Shown here piece after piece: positions 19,001 to 26,737 of a stretch of 64,000 nucleotides of DNA. This DNA is from Candidatus Latescibacterota bacterium (lineage in GTDB: Bacteria; Latescibacterota; UBA2968; UBA8231). The stretch spans positions 1,312,001-1,376,000 of the forward strand of contig CBDCSU010000006.1 in NCBI GenBank assembly GCA_965221775.1, in the 5' to 3' direction. The notes below the pieces were generated by a model, which had not been told where the DNA came from, searched no databases, and worked only from the letters and a program-made list of their open reading frames with translations. Position 1 is the first letter of the stretch. Every line of letters starts with the position of its first letter. Both the position numbers and the translations under genes were made by a program.

Positions 19001-20107
19001 CTATCGATGGGAACGGGGATGGAGTCCGCCGCCATATTCGCGATCCAGATCGCGGTAGATCGTGTGCACATGATCCGCAGGGTTACCACTACTGCTGCCG
19101 CCTCGCGCGTCATTCGCATATTCGATGATGATCGACGGCCCCTGTATGGAGTAGGAAACATCGCTTCCGGCTACAAGCGGGCCGTTCCAGGCGAACCATG
19201 TCTCATCAAGCGCATCGAGGAACCGCTCCTTCTGCGCTCGTGCATGGTCCGGTGGCATGAGATCGAACCACTGCGCTGCCAAGGCCAGGATCTTTCCCTT
19301 CTGCTCCTCATTCAGCGATTTGCAGCGTATGCCGACAGGCTCTGGGACGGTGCCATTCCACCTGGCCCCGACCCGCATGGCACCGCGCTGCCCGCTGATC
19401 ACGGCCAGAGTCCGTTGCTCTGGCGTAAGGTTGCCCACGAACTCAAACGCAAGTTCCGTCTCTTTGGCCATGGGTCGCATCTCTACGCCCGCGACGGTGA
19501 ATTCCTGGGGAAACGTGCCGATGAAACTCGGCGATATGGAATACGCTTCGCCATCAAGCGTAATGTTTAGCGCGACATGATGCCCGTCCAGTTGCACCGC
19601 CCATCGCGACGCTGCCGATGGCACGCCGAAGACCGAAAAGCGGAATGCCTCGATTCCGACCCCCGTGTTTATCTTGCCGTCGATATAGGCGCGCAGATCG
19701 TCCCCCAGCATGACATCTCGTATCTTGTTGTAGCCCTTCTCGCTGAGCATGGCCATGAGAAGTTCCAGGAGTGCGCGGATCTGGTCATCCTTCAGATCGC
19801 CCAGGGCAATACCTCCGACATCCCCGCGTGCCGGGGCATTGGTCCACCTGGTTCTCTCGACACTCATCAATTCGTATTGCGCGGATCGTCTCTGTGTGTC
19901 GTTCAGCGTCACAAGGAAACGGTTCGCCCTGCGCGCCATATTCTCGGGCGAGTGATCCGGCCGGTTCGGCCGATAGGTGCCCAGGATGGCGCCGGCACGG
20001 GATTCATATCCCGAAGCATGCACGGCGGTGCCAACTCCAATGCCGCCTATCGCGACTGTCACCGAAAAGACCATGCAAGAACAAGCCAATGCGAGTGAAA
20101 GCCTCAT
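19001..20107 (-). CDS. DUF3500 domain secreted protein
   Basis: RBS GGAGG, signal peptide, RWTN.P, LSEKGY.K, FGVPS, QLDGHHVALN, P.FIG, TWFAW.G, Y.IQGP.IIIEY, HVHTIYRD...YG. Confidence 0.88.
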   Translation of the reverse strand: MRLSLALACSCMVFSVTVAIGGIGVGTAVHASGYESRAGAILGTYRPNRPDHSPENMARRANRFLVTLNDTQRRSAQYELMSVERTRWTNAPARGDVGGIALGDLKDDQIRALLELLMAMLSEKGYNKIRDVMLGDDLRAYIDGKINTGVGIEAFRFSVFGVPSAASRWAVQLDGHHVALNITLDGEAYSISPSFIGTFPQEFTVAGVEMRPMAKETELAFEFVGNLTPEQRTLAVISGQRGAMRVGARWNGTVPEPVGIRCKSLNEEQKGKILALAAQWFDLMPPDHARAQKERFLDALDETWFAWNGPLVAGSDVSYSIQGPSIIIEYANDARGGSSSGNPADHVHTIYRDLDREYGGGLHPRSHR

Positions 20108-20231
20108 TGCACCTCCGTCGGTTCGCCGGGCGTCGCCGGCTCCGTGCGCCAACAGCCGGCGCCCTCGCTGCTGCCGGCCACTCACGCCGTCCCCCCAGGC
20201 TCCAGGCTTGGCGGCAGATAGACCGCCCCGC

Positions 20232-20834
20232 TCAGTCCAGCTCCACCGTCAGCAGGCTCTCCGAGATGGCGAAGACGCAGGAGCTGCGGTCGCCGCCGAT
20301 GGAGGGCCGCCAGATGTCCCGCAGATAGGGCTCGCCGGCCACGGCGCGTCCGTCCAGGGTGATGGAGGACTCGTCGGCGAAGTGCAGCAGGGAGCAGACG
20401 TAGTTGCTGGCGCTGTCGCCCGGCCAGGGGCCGGCGGCGATCACCACCGGGTGGATCCGCCCCCAACTTGCCGTGATCTGGCGGCCGGCGGCGGCGATCG
20501 TCCACGAGGGGTCGCGGGTCACGTGGCCGGCCTGGGTGAAGCGAGCCTCCACCACGGGCAACTCTTCATCATAGGGCGGGTGGCTGGCCCCTTGGACGAC
20601 CCGGTCGCGGACGAAGGCGGCCAGCTCGCGGTTGTCCGTGCACAGGCCCTTGAAAGCGGGACCACCGCCGTCGTCGATGACGACGAAGGCGACGAAGCCG
20701 TGGCCGGCCTCGGTGTAGCGCATGTTGTAGAGGCTGACCATGCCGCAGTCCGCCGCGGCGCCGGGCCGGCGCAGATAGCTGATCCAGTGCTCGCCGGACC
20801 AGTTGACTCTTCCCTGCAGAACCAGGTCGGTCAT
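20232..20834 (-). CDS. Hypothetical protein (about 200 aa)
   Basis: ATG overlaps the cupin stop (ATGA). High-GC coding codon bias. Confidence 0.8.
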   Translation of the reverse strand: MTDLVLQGRVNWSGEHWISYLRRPGAAADCGMVSLYNMRYTEAGHGFVAFVVIDDGGGPAFKGLCTDNRELAAFVRDRVVQGASHPPYDEELPVVEARFTQAGHVTRDPSWTIAAAGRQITASWGRIHPVVIAAGPWPGDSASNYVCSLLHFADESSITLDGRAVAGEPYLRDIWRPSIGGDRSSCVFAISESLLTVELD

Positions 20835-21499
20835 GGGTCGATGAAGTCGTCCACGAAACGGGTGTACTGCTGCGGCTTCGGTTTGTCCGCGTCCTCGGCC
20901 TTCACGTAGGTGATTGTGGTGCGCCCCTTGTAGGCACGGGGCACCGCCATGGCGCGCACGAAGCTCGTCGGCTCGTCGGAAGCGCGGGCGTAGATCGGGT
21001 CGGGACCGCGCTCGAACCAGGTCTCCCCGGGCCGCACCATCCACTCCTGGCTGTCCTCCACCCGCACCATCAGCTCGCCCCGCAGCAGGCAGCGCAGCCC
21101 CGGCCCTGAGTGGACGTGGGTGTAGGCGATGCCGCCGGGCGGGAAGTCGACGCGGTCGCAGCGCATCATCCACTCCTCTGCCGGGTCCAGCTCCAGGCCG
21201 TGGGACGCCTTGAGGACGCAGGTCGCCTCCTCGCCCTCGGCTCGCCATCCGCCCTCGCCGCGCACCATCTCCCAGCGCCACAGGGTGGCCCCGCCGGCGC
21301 CGGCCCTCACGGCGCAGGCCTCGGCCCCGAAGCGCGCCGAGTTCTCCTCCAGCTCCTGGCGGCCGCCGCCCGATGGCGCGACCTCCGCGCCGCCATGGGC
21401 CACGTAAGTGACGCGGAACCCGGCCAGCGCCGGGACGGCGATCCGGGCGCCGGGGGCCAGCTCGTCCTCCACCAGCCGCAGGTCGTAGTCCTTGATCAT
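20831..21499 (-). CDS. Cupin domain protein (bicupin-like)
   Basis: RVDFPPGGIAYTHVHSGPGLRCLLRG...GETWFE. Confidence 0.85.
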   Translation of the reverse strand: MIKDYDLRLVEDELAPGARIAVPALAGFRVTYVAHGGAEVAPSGGGRQELEENSARFGAEACAVRAGAGGATLWRWEMVRGEGGWRAEGEEATCVLKASHGLELDPAEEWMMRCDRVDFPPGGIAYTHVHSGPGLRCLLRGELMVRVEDSQEWMVRPGETWFERGPDPIYARASDEPTSFVRAMAVPRAYKGRTTITYVKAEDADKPKPQQYTRFVDDFIDP

Positions 21500-21502
21500 C
21501 GG

Positions 21503-22636
21503 TTACTCCACTGAAACCCTGGCCCAGCGGGCGCTCGCGACCTCGTGATCGCCCGCGTACCAGACGACGAAGACCTCCCCGTTGGGCAGCAGCGCCGCGC
21601 GGGGATGGCCGAAACGCCAGCTCTCCATGTCGCTCCACAGATCGGCATCGGACCGCCGGACCCCGACCCCTGATTCGGTGCCCTCGCTGCTGTCGTAGAC
21701 CACCAGGTCGCGGGAGCGGTCCCAGCCCCGGCCGAAGTCCTCGCTGATGGAGAGGACGATCCCGGGCGGGTCCCGGCGGCGCGGGTACGCCACCAGCAGG
21801 CGGTCGCCGCCGAGGGAGAGGGGCTGGCTGTGCTGTCCGGGCAGGCCCGTGGACCGCGGCTCCGACCACTCGCGGCCGTCCGCCGATCCCCAGGCGATGT
21901 GGCTGTCCACGTCCTGGCCGGCGTCGAAGTCGTGGGTCCAGAACATGGCCACCAGTCGGCCGCTCTCCGGGTGCGTCTCCAGCCGCTGGTCCCAGTAGGC
22001 CATGCGGTGCTCCGGGTGGCGGCCCACGGTGGCATACTCGGGCCAGGTGGCGCCGCCGTCGAAGGAGAACCGCAGGAGGGCGCCGGGCTTCCCCGGCGTG
22101 GGGTCGTCGTACTCCTTCCAGTGCTCGTACGGCTGGGCCAGGACGCCGCCGGGCAGGGGCATCACCGCGTGGGTGCAGGTCGACGCCCCCGGATGGGGGC
22201 TCGTCTCCATCGCCCGCGGCGGGCTCCAGGTGCGCGCCCCATCGGTGGAGGTGGCGTGCACGACGCGCATGGGCAGCAGCCCCTGGGTCCGCGGGTTGAC
22301 GAAGGGCCGCTCCGGCCGCGAGCGGTCGACGAGCAGGGAGGTGGAGATGAACTCGCCCGGGGCCAGCTCGGTGAGGGCCAGGCACTTGTTCTCGCCGGGA
22401 CCGCCGTCCCAGTCCCAGCGGCCGTGGCCGTCGTGGCGCATCTCCCAGGTCTCGCCGAGGTCGCGGCTGGCGAAGATGCAGGGATGGCCGTCGAGGGACT
22501 CGCGCTGGCTGCCCCAGCGTCCGGTGACGTAGAGGGTGCCGTCCCGGGCGAGGTAGGCCGTGGTGAAGGCGCAGGACCTTCGGTGCGGCGGCCCTGCGCG
22601 GCCGTCGTGGACGCAGCCTGACGCGGTGATCTTCAT
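21503..22636 (-). CDS. Sialidase-fold / BNR Asp-box protein (no signal peptide)
   Basis: Five Asp-boxes (SRDLGETW, STDGARTW, SFDGGATW, SADGREW, SEDFGRGW). C-terminal FGHP..LPNGEVFVVWY. Confidence 0.88.
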   Translation of the reverse strand: MKITASGCVHDGRAGPPHRRSCAFTTAYLARDGTLYVTGRWGSQRESLDGHPCIFASRDLGETWEMRHDGHGRWDWDGGPGENKCLALTELAPGEFISTSLLVDRSRPERPFVNPRTQGLLPMRVVHATSTDGARTWSPPRAMETSPHPGASTCTHAVMPLPGGVLAQPYEHWKEYDDPTPGKPGALLRFSFDGGATWPEYATVGRHPEHRMAYWDQRLETHPESGRLVAMFWTHDFDAGQDVDSHIAWGSADGREWSEPRSTGLPGQHSQPLSLGGDRLLVAYPRRRDPPGIVLSISEDFGRGWDRSRDLVVYDSSEGTESGVGVRRSDADLWSDMESWRFGHPRAALLPNGEVFVVWYAGDHEVASARWARVSVE

Positions 22637-22705
22637 CGACAACAACGCTCCGCAGTTAGGCCGGTGGGCTCAACGTAGATGCAACGTCGACACCAAGCCA
22701 AATGG

Positions 22706-22993
22706 CTAATTCTCATCCCTCTTGGTGACTGTGGCTAGAAACTCATCCAGCAGCCGTACTCGGGCGGGGATCACCCCCGCTATTCTACTTGCGGGCACGC
22801 AACGCCTAAAGCGGCGCTGGAGACCGGCCCCCTTATAGGGGACCTCTTGCAGCACACCTCCGTCAATCATCTTGGGCAACATGAGTTCGATGAACTGATG
22901 GGCATCATTTCCGAATTTCTGCCTCAAGACACCCCCGTTCAACTGCGTAGACCTGATCGACGAACCGCTCTGCATGCAAGGTCGCCAGCACAC
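22706..22993 (-). pseudogene. Probable orphan C-terminal fragment of a larger protein
   Basis: The lower-GC segment STQLNGGVLRQKFG...GVLQEVPYKGAGLQRRFR looks winged-helix-like. No credible start or RBS. Confidence 0.35.
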
Positions 22994-23206
22994 AGTCGCG
23001 CTCGGCCGGCGCCAGGGCGCGAGGCGAACGGCGCGGCGACGGGGCCAGCCGCGCCCTTGGCGGCTGACGCTGCCGGTAGACCGAGGCGTGGGCCGCCCCC
23101 AGAGCGCGGCTGTCCTCCCCTTGGGTTACGGTTTAGGCAGATGGGCGGTACGAAGGTAGATGCGTAGGCGCCTGCCGGGGTTGCGGCGTTCGACTTTATC
23201 CTCAAG

Positions 23207-24223
23207 TCACCTATCCTTGACAGCAACTTTAGCGGACAGGAACCCCATCGTATCGTAGTACTTCAGGGCAATAGTCACATGACCATGTGTAGTCTGTGCT
23301 TCGCCTTCTGAGATGGCCGTCTGTACGTTCTCCTTCAGCCAGTCCATCCCCTCCACTTGCCAAGTCGGAACGGCGTGACCCACGAGCAAGATTAGGCTCA
23401 TGACGTTCAGAGCAGCCACATCCTTTGCGTCACCCGGGAGTCCCACGCTGATATAGGCACTCTCAAGATTCTCTGGAGGTCCGATCAATTCAATGGTCGC
23501 TGCTCTTTCCTCCAAATGGGAGGTGACTCTAGGTCTTCCGTCATGGAGACGCGAGAACTCAAAGGTCCAGCCTAGCTCTTCAAAGGACGACTGTATCTCA
23601 TGCCGACTGACGCCTATACCTGAAGTCGGTTGCCTTGCTGCGTCCCTGCTGCTAACTGACCTCGATAGAGGTTCGTTCAGACTATCCTCGGTAACCGCCG
23701 GGAGACTAGTACTAGTAGCTTCCTGAGGGAGGGCGCCCAAGAGGGAGGCGTGGTACTTCAGATCCTTTACGGCCTTTTGCGCCTCCATTGCCCGGCCGAC
23801 AGCTTCGAGGGCGCGCTCGTGGGCTTGGTCGGCTCGTTGGGCCGCTTGATTGACGGCCTTCGGTTGCGCCTCCCGGGCGCGGGCCAAGTCCTCAACGCTG
23901 CCGTGTGCGGCCCATGCGGCGGCGGCCTCGTCCTCGGCCTTCCGGGCATAGCGCCCGGCCAGTTGAAGAGCCCGGCCCGCCTCGCGGCCGTGTCTATCGA
24001 GATCCAAGCCCACCGGCCGGAAGGTCTCGAAGTCCCCCACGTTGAGCCGGCTGAACGCCTCGCGGCAACTATCCGCGGCAGCGACCACTTGATCGGCATA
24101 GTTGCTGGCGCGGTCGGCGTAGGTGACCGCGCGGTCGGCGGCGGCGATGGTGCGGTCTGCCCGTTCGCCGGCGATCACCGGGACCGTCAGGGCGACGGCG
24201 AGGGCGAAGACAAGGGCGTTCAT
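23207..24223 (-). CDS. Secreted hypothetical protein (Ala-rich coiled-coil N-half, globular C-domain)
   Basis: ATG at 24223 with GGGAG RBS. Signal peptide MNALVFALAVALTVPVIA. Confidence 0.7.
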   Translation of the reverse strand: MNALVFALAVALTVPVIAGERADRTIAAADRAVTYADRASNYADQVVAAADSCREAFSRLNVGDFETFRPVGLDLDRHGREAGRALQLAGRYARKAEDEAAAAWAAHGSVEDLARAREAQPKAVNQAAQRADQAHERALEAVGRAMEAQKAVKDLKYHASLLGALPQEATSTSLPAVTEDSLNEPLSRSVSSRDAARQPTSGIGVSRHEIQSSFEELGWTFEFSRLHDGRPRVTSHLEERAATIELIGPPENLESAYISVGLPGDAKDVAALNVMSLILLVGHAVPTWQVEGMDWLKENVQTAISEGEAQTTHGHVTIALKYYDTMGFLSAKVAVKDR

Positions 24224-24258
24224 CGAGGCGGTTCTCCCTATGATGGGGTCCGGGAAAC

Positions 24259-25273
24259 CGGAATGTGTCAATGCGAATGAGACACTTCGGGTGAGTTTAG
24301 TGTCCTCCTCGGGCGCGCATTCGATGGTGTTGGGAGGGCGGGTTGATCCACACCTCGGCCGGGATTCTAGGTGCCTGCGGTTGCCCCTTGACGAAGCGCT
24401 CGGGATGGCGTGCGTGGGCGTCCTCGAGGACGCGCTGCCGCTCGGCCTGGAGGACGCCGGCGCGCCCTTGATGGACCGCATCCGGGGTGAGCAGGTCCAG
24501 TCCGCTATGGCGATGCCGGGTGTTGTACCATCGGAAATAGGTCCGCGCCTGCTCCGGGTCGGCAAAGCGGCCCGGGTAGGAGCGGGCGCATTTGACCGTC
24601 TTGAACTGGCTCTCCGAGTACGGGTTGTCGTCGGCGGTTCGCAACCGGCTGTAGCTGGCGAGGATGTCGAGAGGAGCAACTGCGAGAAGCTCTTGGCCGT
24701 CATCTCCTCGCCCCGGTCCTCGTGCAGGCTCAGCTGCCCCGGCTGGATGGCCTGCTTGTGGCAGGCGGCCTGGATCAGGCGCTGGGCGCGACTGGCGTTT
24801 GGCGTTTTCCCGGGGGGCCACCATCCAGGCGACGACATAGCGCGAAAACAGATCCAGCACCACGCAGAGCGGATACGTCACCCATCGACGCGGCCCCGCC
24901 AAGCGGGTGATGTCCCACGTCCAGACCTGATGGGGGCCCGTGGCCACCAGCCGCGGCGGCTCGGCCCGAGGGTGGCGGCGTTGGCGACGACGTTCCCGTA
25001 CCTCGCCAGCGCCGTGGAGCAGGCGATACATGGTGCGCACAGAGCACAGGTAGCGGCCTTCCTCCAGCAGGGTGGCGTAGACGGCGACCGGGGCCTGATC
25101 GACGAACCGGTCTTCGTGCAGGTCGCCAGCACCTGGGCGCGTTCGGCCGGGGCCAGACGGCGGGTGGGCCTGTCGACCAGAGTCCGTGCTCATCCTCAAG
25201 CTCCTCCTTTCCGCCTTCCAGACAATACTAAACTCCGATGGCAAAGTGTCTCACTCTAAATTGGCACGTAGGG
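24259..25273 (-). mobile_element. Decayed IS3-family insertion sequence (about 1 kb, internally deleted)
   Basis: Imperfect terminal inverted repeats CTAAACTC..AAGTGTCTCA..TTG(A/G)CAC at 24259-24300 (reverse complement) and 25228-25273 enclose integrase-core remnants. Confidence 0.85.
24297..25130 (-). pseudogene. IS3-family transposase OrfB (DDE/rve), frameshifted; OrfA largely missing
   Basis: YATLLEEGRYLCSVRTMYRLL, VWTWDIT, DLFSRYVVAW, (other frame) LHEDRG, DNPYSESQFKT, WYN..HRHSGL, PERFV, VWINPP. 7-bp duplication tggcgtt at 24793-24806. Confidence 0.88.
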
Positions 25274-25470
25274 ATGCCCGCCTCCTCTTCCAACTCGCGG
25301 AAGACAGCAGCATCGGGATGCTCACCCCACTCAATCCCGCCGCCTGGAATAGTCCGCCTTCCTTGATCCGGTCCGCTAGCCATGCGGACCAAGAGCACCC
25401 GGCCTGAAGGATCCCGGCAAAGCCCATAGGGCACCGACATAACGCGCGGACAACCCGAGACGGAAGACAT
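25274..25470 (-). pseudogene. NUDIX hydrolase 5' fragment truncated by the IS
   Basis: YGLCRD..GRVLLVR...PGGGIEWGEHPDAAVFRELEEEAGI (complete Nudix box) runs directly into the IS end. Frameshift near the N-terminus (RYVGA/YGLC). Confidence 0.82.
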
Positions 25471-25671
25471 TTCCGTTCCCTTTTCTATACTCCAACTTAG
25501 TCATGTCCAATGTCCCATAGAGAGTCCCTGGGGTGCAGACGCCTCCTGTCCCGAAGGGTTGACCTGAGGGCTGCACAAGCAGGCGGCGTGCGAGAAAGGC
25601 ATGTGTACCGATGGCCGGGGCAACCGGAGGGACCGGAACTGCAACCCGTCTCTTGGCCGGAGTCCACGGAC

Positions 25672-26478
25672 CTAAGGCAGTCGCACAAGTGTAATTCGGA
25701 TTCCGGCTGCCCTCGCTGCTAGCCTCAGAGATTCATCATAGTCACCTGTCACAATCCACCCACTTACCTCCTGGCCATCTTCTGCGACGTTTTCCTGCAG
25801 GTATCCTATGTATCTGAGTATCTGGCCAACCACTTCATCAGAGCTGTGACCCCTCTTGAGTTCGATCACGACCAAGTTTCCGTCACTGTCTAAGTAGACC
25901 AAGTCACTTCGTCCGACATCTGGGCCCATTGAATACTGCTGACCTACCTCATCTGCCGGAGTAAGTCCCAGTCGCGCAAGATTCGGTTTGATCGCCTCTT
26001 CAAGTCCCTCTTCAAGTAGGATGATCTCCCTATCAGATGATCCGAACCCGAGTCTCTCATAGATCTTGGCAGCTGTGTCAATCCGTACGATGTCCGATTC
26101 CTCGATTCTCACAATTCTGCTGCGCACGTCGCCATTTGTTAAGTCTCTCATGATGAGGCCCTGAGGAACCGGACTAGGAAAGAGGAACACCTCGTCCATA
26201 GGGAAGTGTCCGGCCTTGCATTCGTGCTTCTTCTCAGCTTCTAGATCGGGCTTCCAGTCGTCAGAAACTCGGAATGTTCCAACGTAGGATTCTCCATAGA
26301 TTCTCATGGCAACCACATCACCAGATCGGACATATGCCCGATTCCTCTCTGACTCTTGGAGATAGTACTGGCTTCGGTCCAATATCGCACTCATGTCCCA
26401 GTCACTATTGCCGTAGTAGCCGCTACTCCGGTTGGAGAACACCCAATAGCCGTTATGCTCGACACTATCTTCCGACAT
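25672..26478 (-). CDS. Endonuclease NucS-like PD-(D/E)XK nuclease with an N-terminal EVE/PUA-like domain
   Basis: LEEGLEEAI, GRSDLVYLD..GNLVVIELKRG, VVGQILRY. N-terminus YWVF...VRSGDVV. RBS GAGGAG, low GC. Confidence 0.8.
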   Translation of the reverse strand: MSEDSVEHNGYWVFSNRSSGYYGNSDWDMSAILDRSQYYLQESERNRAYVRSGDVVAMRIYGESYVGTFRVSDDWKPDLEAEKKHECKAGHFPMDEVFLFPSPVPQGLIMRDLTNGDVRSRIVRIEESDIVRIDTAAKIYERLGFGSSDREIILLEEGLEEAIKPNLARLGLTPADEVGQQYSMGPDVGRSDLVYLDSDGNLVVIELKRGHSSDEVVGQILRYIGYLQENVAEDGQEVSGWIVTGDYDESLRLAARAAGIRITLVRLP

Positions 26479-26737
26479 GATTGCTTCTCCTCGTAGGTTG
26501 GAACCGGGTTGATGTGCACCAGCCGATCGCACTTCGGCAGGCTCTTCTCCCGGACCCCCATCTCTTCGTCGATGGTGCTACAGGCAACCTTGGCTGAAGA
26601 TAGATGGTCCAAATACCATCATCGTCCTCCTAGGGGCAACGCAAGAATCAAGTACCTTGATCTCATTCAACTCCCTTGGCGGCCTGATTGGGGGATCGCC
26701 CAAATCATCGTACGGAACCCCCTGCGGGGCAACCGCA

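Noticed and set aside
22655-22661. GTTAGGC integron attC-like core
   Set aside because: No matching RYYYAAC inverse core or attC hairpin, no repeated sites and no integron integrase.
23174-23197. tRNA T-arm-like string ggggttgcggcgttcgact as a possible att site
   Set aside because: No complementary T-stem, acceptor stem or CCA, and no integrase nearby.
24240-24271. Hybrid promoter from the outward-facing TTGACA in the IS end
   Set aside because: The nearest -10-like hexamer (CATCAT) is 20 bp away, outside normal spacing.
25480-25671. Possible riboswitch or ncRNA (ccggaactgc resembles part of the cobalamin box)
   Set aside because: The other conserved elements are absent and the orientation does not fit a downstream gene. 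An Rfam/Infernal scan would settle it.
26391-26612. 73-aa ORF upstream of the NucS-like gene
   Set aside because: Overlaps the nuclease start in another frame, with no RBS or recognisable motif.
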